The notes beneath the pieces were generated by a model. It searched no databases, was not told the origin of the DNA, and saw nothing but the letters and a program-made list of their open reading frames with translations. From Octopus sinensis (lineage: Eukaryota): a stretch of DNA of 64,000 nucleotides. The position numbers and the translations under genes are program-made. The stretch is taken from NCBI RefSeq assembly GCF_006345805.1, contig NC_042999.1, positions 47,244,001 through 47,308,000 of the forward strand, in the 5' to 3' direction. This document shows positions 41,123-55,299 of this stretch, one piece after another; the stretch's first letter is position 1; each line of letters begins with the position of its first letter.

Positions 41123-43284
41123 CAGTTGACTGATTACATATTAATGGAGTCGTCTGATCATAAAAGAGTCGAGCAATTAACTGTAATTTTCGCATAATTT
41201 TGGAGACATTGTCGTTTCAATAATGAGTAAATGAGATTTATCATGTTTAGGTATTTAGCACACGCATTAACTGCGCAATTGAATTGAAACTAATTTCAAC
41301 AGGAAATTGAATTATTAATACAATAATTACAACATTCAATTAAACAAATATACAAAAATTACAATCAGAATCTCAATAGAATTATAAAACTAAAAATACC
41401 ACTCACACTAACAATGGTCAATAGAAAACATCTGAGCTGAAACACTTGGTATCATCGCTTTTGTTCTCTTAATCCCATAATAACTGTTAACTTTTTTAAA
41501 GCTTCAATTAAAAACAATGGCACTCTCTTAAAATACCCATAATTTAGAATCGCCAGCCGAAATATTTCCTTAAATGAGATATGATCTGTTCATTGTCTTC
41601 TCTCACATTTTCTCTCTTACTGTTACGTTTCTCCCTCTTGTAATTGCTCTATCTTTAACCTTACACTCCAATAAACCGAAAACATACTGAAATGCTGCTG
41701 ACCCTTTTTAAAGTTCTTAACTACCATCGGTGTTTATTTCTTTTGGAATAAATATTTCTGATGCTTGTCGCCTGTAATAGACTTTGTACATACTATTTAC
41801 TTAGTATCAGAAACCACTACAATCTTCTTTTATCAATACATAGCGTTACGAGACATATATGTCGGTCTTCAAATTATTCGAAAATCAACATGTATATATA
41901 TAAAGAATTATATTGTGTAATCTTTTACAAATACAGAGATCATCTATCCTTAAAATCCTTAAAATTTTTTTAGCCCGAAGGCCGCGGCCATGCTGGGGCA
42001 GATTAATACTATTTTGTTTCTAAAATTCTTCATCATTCACATAGTATTAACGGAAATATGATGCACCAGATGAAAATAATTAGTTAAATATATTTTACGT
42101 ATTATTGATTTCAATTAAGTACGTTTCTTAAATGACATTTTTTTCATTATTTTGAAACTATTACTTAAAACAGGGGAGCAAGAAAATATATTGTACCTGA
42201 GTTTTGGTGAATATATTTTCCTGAATTGATATAGATAATTTATCATTTAAAATATTTGTTATATACACTGAAAGGTGAATATTTCAAAAACATCGTCTTT
42301 AAATATTTCCATTATTTCTATCTATTTATCTAATCGTTTTGCTTAGGTCGCTGAAACCGGAAAAAAAACTGCTATCAATCATTGTCACGTCTGTGAACTA
42401 TCATGAAATATTGGTATAAGACACTTTATATAATATAATACTATATTGTAGTGTCGCACCTACAGGAATATCAATATCATGCTTTCAAATAATACAGATT
42501 TAATCATTTCATGTTACATCATTTCTTTGTTTAAGATTTGTTTAAATGGTTCTTCCCATTTTTTTACCGACAACTTGTGTCTCTGACATTTAATAACTTT
42601 CAAACTGTCAACAGATCACTTTGTATAAATTATCTATACTTGTTTATTTTATTTGAGTCATATTTTTGTGTCTGCCTAATATATTGATCGGCGAAATTTG
42701 GAATAACATTTCTTTAATCTATAAAGCAATACTCTTATGATATATTCAATTGAGTTCGGAAAATAACAAACAATAATTCATACGTTTTTCTTATGATCTG
42801 TTTGCTAATACTTGAATCAAATGTAGATTTCACTAAAAATATATGTAAATCATCTCTTCCAATGACAACAGTTCCGAGCTCTTATATCGAAATAATGGAA
42901 AATAACAAAAGCAAGTAAACTTAGCTATATAGATGTTAAAATTAAAATACCATATTCAAATAGACTTTGTTTTTAAAGTGTAGTATTTAATCACTAGAAT
43001 CATAATAGACACAATATTGTCAGCAACGGGCTAGTATACAGTTAAAATATTCTACTGAGCATAATAGATTCATACTAGAATTTTGGTCGAGCACAGTTTA
43101 GAATGACGATTCCAACAATGGTTGAAATTCTATTCAAGCATAACTAAATTTCTTAAAGTTAATAAATACGACATTAAATTTCCATTACTTAAATGATATT
43201 ACACTGTCTTTAAAAAATCGTTCAAGCTGTACTTTGGTAAGAAGTAAATATACAGATAGGCGCACACACACACACACGCACGCA

Positions 43285-43339
<55 letters not shown>

Positions 43340-43509
43340 CAGGAGCACACACACATATATCATTTAACTTCGTTTAAAGGTAACGTTTCTCAGTACGCAA
43401 ATAAAAGCTTTTATTTTATTATATTTCGATACTCCTAACGACACCAATGTGTAATAGCCGTGTCATGAGCTCGTACTGAGATGTGCCGATGTAATGTGGG
43501 AGAAATACA

Positions 43510-43571
<62 letters not shown>

Positions 43572-44614
43572 CAAGGGATGGAATTTAAATTTTATATATT
43601 CTAATATATCACTACGCGCGTTTCTACAAATCACATATTTCTTAAGATCATAGTCCATATTCCTGTCATGATTACAGTACAATCTATTGTATCCATGGAC
43701 ATCAGGATGATCATTGTTCATGTGTTCATTCCATCAGATAATATAGTATTAAAGTTGGAAGCAACGAATGAGGCCTTGTACTTATTTAATCGGTCGCTTT
43801 TGCTGCGAAGATGGTTTGTGGAAAGGCGCGTGGCAATGCCTTAAAGTATTTATAAATTCCATGCATTGATTATTATTATTATTATTATTATTATATTATT
43901 ATTATTATTATTATTATTACTATATGTGAGTGTATTTATGTATATATATATATGCATACACGTACATACATACATATACAAACACAAACACACACACACA
44001 CGTAAATGTTCACACACACACATATAAATGTTTTATTCTGGTATTGGTATCGCTTTCACTCATAATGATCAGTATGTTATTAATATCATAACAGCCTTGC
44101 ACTAACAAAACTTTCAAAGTATTTACGCTATTCAATTCCACAATATCCCTGACAAATCGCAAAAAAACACGTATATACATACATAAACATATACGTATGT
44201 ACATACACATGTACTCATATATGACGCAACTAACTTGATTTAAATATATGCAGCAGCAGTGAAACAATTTTCTATGAGTTTTATAATCGAGATGATGCTT
44301 GCATAATTGTTTACAATACTGCGATGTTAATTACTCTAAAATTGTTTAAGAGTCTATACGAAAATTGAGACCATACAAAATTCTGGTCATCATATTAGCG
44401 TAGATATGAAATGTCTTCTGTGCATTGTTTTTTGGAAGTGTGTGCGTGCTTAAATTATGCATAGTCTGTGAATGTTCTATCATTTGACTGCATGTAAGTG
44501 TATGTGTGTATGCATATGCATAAACGCATAAACTTATACTTTATATCAATCTATATCTCTATCTCTCTATATATATATGTATGCATATATACATACATAT
44601 ATATTCTTTTCTCT

Positions 44615-44779
44615 CCTTGTTTCTCTCCGTGTTTCTTTTCTGTATATCTTTCTGTTGAAGAGCGTAGGCTCGAAACGTAAAAGACTTGTTTTATTTATAA
44701 CCCTGAGCGCCATACTAATACAATTGTTTGTTTGTATTCCACCTGCCTTCGTCTTTTGTTTATTTTCATAAAGGTTCCC

Positions 44780-44785
<6 letters not shown>
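44615..44785 (+). mobile_element. Non-coding repeat with a minimal hammerhead variant, next to (TA)n
   Basis: TCTTT-CTGTTGA-A-GAGC(GTAG)GCTC-GAAA-CG-TA|AAAGA at 44647-44684; core position A6 reads T. Confidence 0.55.
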
Positions 44786-44825
<40 letters not shown>

Positions 44826-44960
44826 TACAGCGTTCTAATAGTAATTTCTATTAGATATTTTCTCTACCTTCACTATTGGCATTGAATCAGTTACGGAGAT
44901 GGAGTTGGGCAATTGAATTATACCGTATTTTATACGGGATACATACCATTTTCGATAATA

Positions 44961-45362
44961 GGCGCAGGGTTGGCTGTGTGGTAAGTATCTTGTTGCGAAC
45001 CGCATGGTTCCGGGTTCAATCCATCTGCGTGGCACATTGGGAAAGTGTCTTCTACTATAGCCTGGGGCCAAGTAAAGCATCGTGAGTGGATTTGGTAGAC
45101 GGAATCTGAAAGAAACCCGTCGTATATATACATATATATGTATATGTGTGTGTGTGTGTGTGTGTGTATGTTTATGTGTCTGTGTTTGTCCTGGAAAACA
45201 GATGCTGGTGTGTTTACGTCCCCGTAACTTAGTGGTTCGGCAAAAGATACCGATAGAATAAGTACCAGGCTTACAAAGAATAAGTCCATGGGTCAATTTG
45301 CTCGATTAAAGGCGGAGCTCCAGCATGGCCGCAGTCAAAATGACTGAAACAAGTAAAAGAGA
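44961..45362 (+). mobile_element. SINE family A, full length
   Basis: Runs from 'ggcgcagggttggctgtgtggtaag' to 'atgactgaaacaagtaaaaga'. Confidence 0.9.
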
Positions 45363-45548
45363 ATTAGACGACTTCCACTTTTATTGATTTCCACAAACCA
45401 TTATAAAAGACAAACATTATAGGAAGAAAGAAATCAGAGCCTCGTTTGTAAAATACGACAACGTTTGGTTATATAAAAAAGATAAACTTCGAGAGGCGAG
45501 GATTTCGTGAAATTCGTGTAGCTTCACAATTTCTGTTGGAAAAGACAC

Positions 45549-45785
45549 AGGCGTAGCTATGTGGCAAGAAGCTTACTGCCCAACCACATGGATGCAGGTT
45601 CAGTCCTACTGCGTGACTCCTTCCTTTGGTTTCTTCTAGTATAGCCTCGTGCCGATCAACGCCTTGTGAGTGGACTTGGTTGCCGGAAACTGAATGAAGC
45701 CCATCATATTTATGTATATATTTTTATGTGTGTCTTTGTGTCTGGTTTGTACCTCATTACCACTTGAGGAATCGGTGTTGGTGAA
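45549..45785 (+). mobile_element. SINE family A, 5' half, diverged
   Basis: Contains 'ggcgtagctatgtggcaagaagc...ggttcagtcc...gccttgtgagtggacttgg'. Confidence 0.75.
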
Positions 45786-46113
45786 TTGAACACACGCACT
45801 ATACATTTGATCTTTATTTTAGTCATTCTATTTGTCAAAGTACTTTCGTCACGCATTCTGTGAACTCCTCCTCTGGTTTCTGTCCCTGGTGTCAACTCTA
45901 GTCCTGCTTATTTACTTTTGTCTTACTGTGGTACGTGTTACAAAAGAACTCTGGGAAATAATCTAATATTAATAATAATAATCTTAAAGTGAGGCTCTAA
46001 TATATAGTGCTCGTGTTTAACTTGCAAATGACGATGCCAAATGTTACAACGAGTTTCAAAACACGATTTCGCATCAAGCAACTTGCAAAAGAAATATATA
46101 CATGCATGCATAC

Positions 46114-46167
<54 letters not shown>

Positions 46168-46411
46168 GCATACATACATATATAGATACACATACATACT
46201 TACATACATGCATACATCATGCATACATATATAGATGCACACACACATACATACATACATAAATATATATAATTATTCACACATATATATCCACACACAA
46301 GCACATATATATATACAAACACACACACACACACACATATATATATGCATACACACATACATATATACACACATATATGTGTATTATATATATATATATC
46401 TTTATATATAT

Positions 46412-46489
<78 letters not shown>

Positions 46490-48683
46490 ATAATATATAT
46501 ATATATATACGTACATGTGTGTATACACACAGACACACGCACCCACATCAGTCATTATTCGTAGTCCTTACTACGCAATTAGCGAAAGGTCCATTCCATT
46601 TTCGAATTAACATTTGAGCCATATTTATGTTTGTTTCGATCTTACTAGTTTTTACAGAACTATTTTTGGATGTTTTATGTGATGCATTAGCAGACTGAAT
46701 TGGTTATAACATTTATATATTTGATTCATCGAAAAATATTCCATTACATTCATTGTAAGAATGCAGCAGTCACAAGGAATGGCAATCGGTTTTGACATGG
46801 AATACGTAATTTGTGATGTGAGGTGTTTAACGAAGGAAAGAAAAAACGATAAAAGCTTTCAAATTGGGCTTGTAAAAATCGTCCGAAACAGACATTTGTA
46901 CTATATTAGCAAAATTCGAGGTGTGTCGCATTCGTAAAGATAAGTACGGTTTTATTGTTACTGGCGATGATCACGCTGTTAACGCTGCTGCTGTTTTAGA
47001 TGACGAGGAAGATTATAATGATGAGGAAGATTATAATGTTGATAAAGGAGAGGGAGAAAGCGGAGGATGAAGCTGAGCTAAAAATGAGGAAGAAGGGGAA
47101 GAGCACAGATTTTAGATGGATAGGATTTGGAATCTGTAGAATCCATAATGTCAGAATAAAGTAACCAAAATCTATACTACAAAAACACACTGAGAAAATA
47201 AATGCTAAATCGTAGATACTAGCAGAATAATGACAGCTTGCCATCAATACTTACATCCATATTCATATACTTCTATAAATTATTCTTCGGTTACACGCTA
47301 TGAATATTTAGTACAGTGCCTTTTTATGTATCTGTAACATATCGGCAAACTTTACTCTTCATTTGCACTTTTCAAATACGATACCATGACTAAAAAATGT
47401 AAATACTTGAGGAAGCAAACTTCCCTTTTCGTTTTCCCCGCCACACGAAGGACAGTGTTGTTTTGCTTTATTTTTTAAGAAGCTATTCATTCTTGATGGA
47501 ATGATACCTTAATATCGTTTTCTTTTTGTTTAGTCAAAGATCAGAATTTATCGAATAAATTCTTCCTTGTAATTTAGAACGAATATTTATAATGCCAAGG
47601 ACTATTGCATTCTCTATTTAATATAGTAGTGTATTTTGATCTAATTGTGTTTTGCTTGTTATTTTTTGGTGCCTTTGTTTTATAATTAGCTTGATATACA
47701 CTTTGTATTACTCATATGTAAACACTGAGATAAAAGAAAATGTGTTTTGAGCATAGAAGAGTATAATATGCTGGACTAAATCTTTGGTCTAGCATCGCGT
47801 CTTCTGCTCTATCGTTACCTATATGCAGAAGTTGATGCTTCAATACACACTTCAATATTATGTTATATAAATGGAAATCTGGATTACCACTTGGCAATGA
47901 AAACACAACATAAAGAAAGTCAGGTCGAATGCATCGTAAGAAAGCTTGAAACTAACTGTGGTAAAGATTAATAGGTTTTCAATAATATTTAGTACACGTA
48001 AAATTTGATAGGAAAAAAATTTAGAAAAGGAAGAGAGAAGAAACACAAAATAATTGATAATATCTTTAATAATTATTCGATACTTTTACTGTTATCTATG
48101 GAAAAATCGAAGCTGAAATTTGATGTTTGTTGCACAAAAGAGTGACTGCGAAGAAACTGGACTGATTCCATATTAATAGGATCACTATAAGATTATTAAT
48201 ATGTGAATTGTGTGGCGACAAGAGCAAACGCGATGCATATTTCATAATCATAAACATAAATTGCCTCTGAATTATAACACCGAGGTTAACTATTCAGATA
48301 TTTGTACGGCACAAAGACACAAGCACTCACACGTATACAGCATAGACATAACAGAAAAGTATAAAATATTGTACATTTATAGCCATGTGTACGCGTTCGT
48401 GTGGTACAGGCATGTGTGTGTGTGTGCTTGCGTGTGTGTATTGTTTGTGTTATGCAATTATTTTGATACAAGTTTGATCTTAAAATCCACATTGCAATCA
48501 ATAGTTTAAAATTTTGTAAGGTTAACATTATGGAGGCCCAACAGAATTCTCATCAATCGATGTTTGGCTTTATATATATAAATATGCATCGAGAGATTGT
48601 GATACAGTGATATAGATATTTACATGTATATATATACATATACATATATATGCATATATATATATATAATATATATATGTGTG

Positions 48684-48761
<78 letters not shown>

Positions 48762-48830
48762 GCATACATACATATATATATATATATATATTTATATATA
48801 TGCATATATATATATATATGTATATATCTT

Positions 48831-48862
<32 letters not shown>

Positions 48863-48869
48863 ATATCCC

Positions 48870-49500
48870 CTTTGGAAAAAGAAACTCTCATACTCCCTTG
48901 GTATCCATAACATCAGAGACTTGAGAGTAGTTTTCTACAACAACATTAACCGGGCTACTCACATAAACAGCAATATCGACATGACCCGCAGAATGTGCTC
49001 TTGGATTCTGAGAACACTCCAGTCGAGAGATATCCACATCATTATCGTACGCTTCCCCACTTTTGCCCAATCCCACCTTAAACGATGCTGCCCACTGTGG
49101 ACTCCGCACACGAAACAAAGTATCATGAAAGTTGAAGCACCTCAAAGAACAATTGCAAAAAGATACATGGTATGACAAACCTTGACTACTGGGGTCGACT
49201 AGGAAAGCTCAAGCGTTATTATCTTCAACGTCGTCGTGAGCGCTACATCATCTGCATGATGAGGAAAATATTCCATCAGCATTGCTCAAAATGATGTTGG
49301 CATCACCAGTAAGTTTCACCAAAGAACTGGACCCTGTGCTATCCGTCCACAACATAAATAACACTCGCATCTCATAATAATAATACAGCACAATTATTTC
49401 ACCTCAAATGTTCCCGCTGTCTTTAACATTACACCAAAACACATTAAGACAGAAATTCTTTCAAGAAATCCCGGATGAACCTACTACATCCTGATATGTC
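48870..49500 (+). mobile_element. CR1/L2-like LINE 3' fragment
   Basis: Peptides [34 protein letters not shown] and DYWGRLGKLK..LQRRRERY. Related to the C-terminal part of the 4403-6771 element. Confidence 0.75.
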
Positions 49501-49699
49501 CCCGTGATATGTCGACTAAATTATGCAAAAATGAAAGTGACAGACTTACCAAAATTCCATAAAAATATTTAAAAATACTAAAGAAGAAATGTATTCTATA
49601 TAATCGTCGTTGGCTTTAACCACGGCCTTCAGACGACTTCGGAATATTCTACAGCCTCCAGACAAGTTCGGAATCTCCTACGACTCTTCTAGACCAACT

Positions 49700-50240
49700 C
49701 CTTGTTGAAATTAGTGAATGCTGCGTAATCCTTGCCTTCAGTTCATCTTTGATGTTACATCTTTGACCTAGGGCCTGAAGTCCTGAAGGCACCAGATGTA
49801 GGCCTGCACGTTGAGTCTGAGGTCGTGTGGGAAGATGAATGGAGGCATAACGTCACCATAACTCGTGATCACTTCAAACACCATGATGTTGACAGGGTAT
49901 TTGATGTTTATACCTCTCGTCACGTGTTCTCCTGTGAGTTCACAATCTGATACTGGCAGAAATTTTTGTCATCTGAGTAAAACCAAATCATGTTTGGTTG
50001 GAGGGGATACCGTAGGGCGCTCTTGTCCGTGTTGGCTTGAGATAAATATTGACAAATTCTCATCTTGTATGAGGAATACGGAATGTATTCATACACTACC
50101 TGCCTGATGAGAAACGCAAACCCTCACATGTCCCTGGTGACGGACCTGACTGACTCTGAGGGATCGTTTTCAATCATCACCTGCATCTCACCCCAAAATT
50201 TAGTTGTTTTCTTGTCAGAACGATCAGAATATGTTTTCGA
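49700..50240 (-). mobile_element. maT/Tc1-like transposase relic
   Basis: Peptides IMVFEVITSYGDVMPPFIFPHDLRLN and CNIKDELKARI; homologous to 19153-19830. Confidence 0.7.
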
Positions 50241-50697
50241 ACTGGTTCTATAGTAGTAGAATGTTGGCGGGATCCTCTTAAATGGTCAAGAGACATGTAT
50301 TAGTTGTAATAGTAATGACTGGTATTGTTCTGAATAAATTCATGGGTAACGACTGTTCTGAATATATCGTTTTAAAAATTTGCTTGGGTATTATTCTATG
50401 GCCCTTTTAATAGTGTCATTTGTGGTGGACGCATTCAAAAGGAGTTTGTATTTTGTGATAACGTATGACTCTTTACTAATGTGCTGACTACAGTTTGTAT
50501 CATCCCTGAATTGATAGCGGGGAAAAATTCTGAAGCTGGGTTGTTTGTTATTCGCGCAAATGTCGATGTGTTCACTAAATACTATTTTTCCGTATTTTCG
50601 AATTTTGATCTAGGATCAATATATATATGTATATCCTTATACATATGTATACACAGATATGTATGTATACATGTATGTATGCATGTATGTATATATG

Positions 50698-50751
<54 letters not shown>

Positions 50752-50754
50752 ATA

Positions 50755-50978
50755 TTTATTTTATAGAAGGAGCTTCTACAGGACTAGAATTGCTTCATTC
50801 AAAAGAAATCATCAGGAAGCTAGGTGACAAGATTCTTGTCACCTAGCTTCCTGATGATTTCTTTTGAATGAAACAGTTCTAGTCCTGTAGAAGCTCCTTC
50901 TATAAAATAAATTAATTTACTCTGCTATGTATTGAGTACCTTATTTACTGTGGTTAACCCCCGACTCAACCCGGGACC

Positions 50979-50980
<2 letters not shown>
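50755..50980. mobile_element. Foldback element (~78-bp arms, centre 50833) with hammerhead, between (TA)n tracts
   Basis: Centre 'gacaaga-t-tcttgtc'; arms 50755-50832 and 50834-50912; unique tail to 50980. Confidence 0.8.
50845..50895 (+). ncRNA. Type I hammerhead ribozyme motif (weak stem II)
   Basis: AGCTTC-CTGATGA-TTTCTTTTGAAT-GAA-ACAG(TTCTAGTC)CTGT-A|GAAGCT: 6-bp stem I, 4-bp stem III, GUA cleavage after 50889. Confidence 0.65.
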
Positions 50981-51036
<56 letters not shown>

Positions 51037-51039
51037 ATG

Positions 51040-51342
51040 CGTACCTTAATGGTCAGATTAATCGACTCACGGTTGTAATGTTGTGAGTTCGATTCTCGTC
51101 AGTGTGTTGTATCCTTCAGCAGGTCACCTTATTTTACGTTGCTCAACTCACCTCCTAAAAATGAGTAGTACCTGTATTTCAAAGGGCCGGTCTTGTTTCA
51201 CGCTGAATATCCATGCGAACTACGTTACGGGTATGAGTGACTGTTGTGTGCTCAGCCACTTGCACGTTAATTTCAAGAGCAAGCTGCTGCAATGATCGGA
51301 TCAACTGGAATTCTCATCGTCGAAACTGAAAGCGTGCCACTT
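51040..51342 (+). mobile_element. tRNA-derived SINE family C
   Basis: B-box GAGTTCGATT and body 'cctgtatttcaaagggcc...ctcagccacttgcacgttaatttc'. An inverted relative lies at 52608-52990. Confidence 0.7.
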
Positions 51343-51364
51343 TAGTTCACATATAATGATAATA

Positions 51365-51433
<69 letters not shown>

Positions 51434-51728
51434 TAATAATAATAATAATAATGATAACAACAACAGAAGTGAGTTGATGTTCCCTACGTCTTTTTCAGAG
51501 GTATAATTGATTCTACATTGGTGTCATTATTAAAATACTTCTCTTAGTTCTTACAAATTATCATTGAATTGAATTGAATTGGACTAGTTTCAGCTCACTA
51601 CCTGTGGCCATATACATACATACATACACACATACATACATACATACATATACATACATACATACATATATATATATATATACAGATATATATATGTATG
51701 CATATATGTATATATGTATATATGTATG

Positions 51729-51784
<56 letters not shown>

Positions 51785-52607
51785 TTTTGGTGTGTTTATT
51801 ATCAAGTGAGTAATATATCCCTCTCTCTCTCTCTCTCTCTCTCTTGTAGTCTATTTCTCTCTGTAACGTATTCATCACTGTAGGATCGTTTTTTTGAGTG
51901 CATATTATGAATGTTTGTCTAAGTGATTATGAGGCAGTAGAAAAAGAAATATACGAAAGTTAGAATACACTGAAAAGGCAGACAAGGTTACATAAACATT
52001 ATAAAACATGTCTACAGTCATTTTCTGATTGAATAATCAGTATAGCTTACGAAATCTACAAGGAAATCAAGGAAAATATATTCACCGATCGTTCTCGTGT
52101 CTACAAGGATTATCTAAGCATTTCTGAATATTTCATCGAACAGAGTACCAGGAAAACAGAAAATGCAAATTAAATATTATTTTCCTTACTCTTTCAACCT
52201 CTACATCACATAAGTGGATTATACGAATATCATATTATTCTGCGTATTAAAGTTCTTCATAATGACAAATGTGAGTCATGAATCACTGGTAACCTTTATT
52301 TGGATATAGTAAAGCAGAGTCTTATTATATGTCGAGATATTACTTTTCAAGCCTTAACGTCTATGAAACCAGCCTGTCATATGTTGTCTACAGAATAACG
52401 ACAGCAAAGCTCTGCCTGTGTACACATATACATACACATACATACATATATACATACATACATACACACACACACACATATATATATATATATTATATTA
52501 TATATTATATATGGTAAGACAACAAAAGAAAGAAAGTGACCTCGATATTAGGTAAATAGAGGAATTTATCTATATACAGATATATATATATATATATATG
52601 TATATAT

Positions 52608-52990
52608 CGTGGCATTCCGTCGGTTACGACGACTCGGGTTCCAGTTTATACGATCAACGGAACTGCTTACTCGTGAAATTAGCGAGCAAGTGGCTGAGCA
52701 TTCCACAGCCAATGTGCACCCCTAACATAGTTCTCGGGGAGATTCAGCGTGATACAGTGTGTGACAAGGATGGAACTTCGAAATACAGGTACAACAGAAA
52801 CAGGAAAAAAGAGTGAGAGAAAGTTGTTTTGAAAGAATAGATCAGATTTCGCCACCAACCTTTGCCGGAGACTCGTGGAGCTTTGGATATTTTCGCTCAA
52901 TAAACACTAACAACGCCCGGTCTGGGAAACTAAAGTGCGATCCTACGACCGCTAGTTCGCTGCCGTAACCATTGTGCCATTGCGCCTCCT
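52608..52990 (-). mobile_element. SINE family C (chimeric, tRNA head at the 52990 end)
   Basis: 'gtgaaattagcgagcaagtggctgagc' and 'gaaatacaggtac' are reverse complements of the 51040 copy. Confidence 0.7.
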
Positions 52991-53019
52991 ATATGTATAT
53001 ATATATATATATAAGAAAT

Positions 53020-53820
53020 TACAGTGTGCTCCATGTCTCGTTCGGCCGCAATCATCAGCTGAGCGGCATGCTTCGACAAGATTTCAGTATCGACAAGAGC
53101 TCAGTATCTCTCCATACGGTGGGATCGCAACAACTGGACATATTGCGTTGCAACCGAATTTATGGCAGTTCTGTGGTCTTATCCTCATTCATAAACCTGC
53201 TGGTAACCCAAGACCTGCACTAATAATCTCTCCTAGCATTCGGGCTTTCCTGTTTGGTTTACCTTTCACCGTGCAGAAGGCCGCACACAAGTCCTCGTCC
53301 ATAGAGATACTCGCCGTCCAGAAGCTGGAACAGATGTAGGGTTCTATTGTCCCAGCACTCCAACGACTTATCGGCATTCACCGATCGAATATCTGTTATT
53401 GATTCAAACTACCCTGCATCATTGATTGATGCATTTTCCTTCCTTTCACAGACTTGAAAACTTGCCTACATCCACTACGCACCAAGTGGTTTCCATCATA
53501 GCCATTATCCAATATATCCGTCCTAATTGCAGATGTAGTTATTGTAAGTCAGGAGATTTTACATCGCCAGTGGACCAGGGCACTCATCCTGGCCCAGCGA
53601 TGGGCCGGAAGATTGGGCTGGGTTTGCCACACTTGAGGCGGGCGCTATCCCCAAAAGTCTACAAAGAGCCATCCTACCGTCGCTGCACAGTCAGGCCAGT
53701 ACATAACGGCCATTTAGAACTGTTGCATAACCCAATCCTGCCCAAGCGCTGCTTCTCGCGAGAACTCAAGGCGGGCAGCTCACACCCGGCAGTCTTATCA
53801 CTGCTGTCAGTGATGAAACT
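53020..53820 (-). mobile_element. 5' region and endonuclease start of an RTE-like LINE, decayed
   Basis: GC-richer island. The minus strand reads VATQYVQLL..MERY*ALVDTEILSK..MIAA, resembling the RTE N-terminus (..ERRTALVARELARY.IDIAAL). Confidence 0.45.
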
Positions 53821-54022
53821 AATATAGATACATACATGATGAAAGTAATTGAAATCGAGACCATAAAATAGCGAAAGTAGTAATAGAGATGCTATTGTTT
53901 CACTTTTGAAACGTAATACGGAAGCTGTGTAAGAGATAAGAGATTGATCCGGTCACTACATATTGATAGATAGATAGATAGATAGACATATAGATATACG
54001 TATATGCACATACATATACGTG

Positions 54023-54060
<38 letters not shown>

Positions 54061-55299
54061 CATACATATATGAGTGTGTGCGTGTGTGTATACAAACACA
54101 AGCATACTCGTGTTAATATTTTTACCATGATTCTTGATGGGAAATTATCTCTTGCGACATATAATTGTTGATCGTATTTTCTCATTCTTTCACTCTCTGC
54201 TCCCCTCTCTCTCTTTCTTTCTCTCTTACCTCTGTATGCATATACGTAATATACATACATACGTGCATACATGCTTGTGTGTGTGTGTGTTATTTTTAGA
54301 AAGTGCATGTATACTTTTGTGTGTGTGTATCTGCGAGCCCATGTGCTTGTGTTTGCGCGCATTTTACTATGTATGGGCAGGCTCTTCAGCGGTGAAATAC
54401 AAAGGAAAATGATTTAACGCTGAAAGACAATATCTGCTTCAAATGTCTGACACGCATGTGTGGAAAACCAGAATATATAAACCGATGAATATATAAGTTA
54501 GACAAAACAAACCCTTTGCGAATCCGAAATACAATAACCAGAAGAGCACTTATTTATATGGATACACACGTGGATATATTTTGTATTTACATAAAATAAA
54601 AATGATCTCGTAATTCAATACAAAAGTAATTAAAGGACAAACTTGTCCATATTTACAAGTTGACAGTCAGTACCAAGTAAGAATCATACGTTGCACAACG
54701 TATCAATAAATTCTAACAGATAAGCACGCAGGAACGCAAAGATACAACCGTTTCGTGGATAGATTTTATACAAATACGAAACAAAAAAATTCTTAACTAG
54801 CATTGGGATCTAGTATACACTCACTACGTATTTGTTTACCTAATGAAATATTTAATTTACTAATAGATATATAAATGACAGTACAGTAGTAATTAACGAT
54901 CAGCACTGCACTTTCTTTGGTGATGTAACCTCCTCCCGAATGCCAAAATTTATACATACATGTGAATATACGTAAATAAACACACAGCAATACACATTTA
55001 TAAATACCCTCGAATATACGTATATAAATCCATACAAGCGTATGTATGTAAACACTTACACCCAGATTTATCCAAGGGTCCATAAGGATTGTATTTTAAG
55101 CACGAATAACAATGGGCCGAAGTGGCATCTACGAGTATCCACGATCTAGTAAATTATACATATAATGTAATCTATTACTAAGCGACGATATTTTCAATAT
55201 TTTGTTAGAGTTACTCAGCTCTCAACTGTTGACAATCTAGTTGTCTGTAAACTGCGACAACCCAAATCTAGCACTACCTACAGGTAGTGGGGTGCAGTG

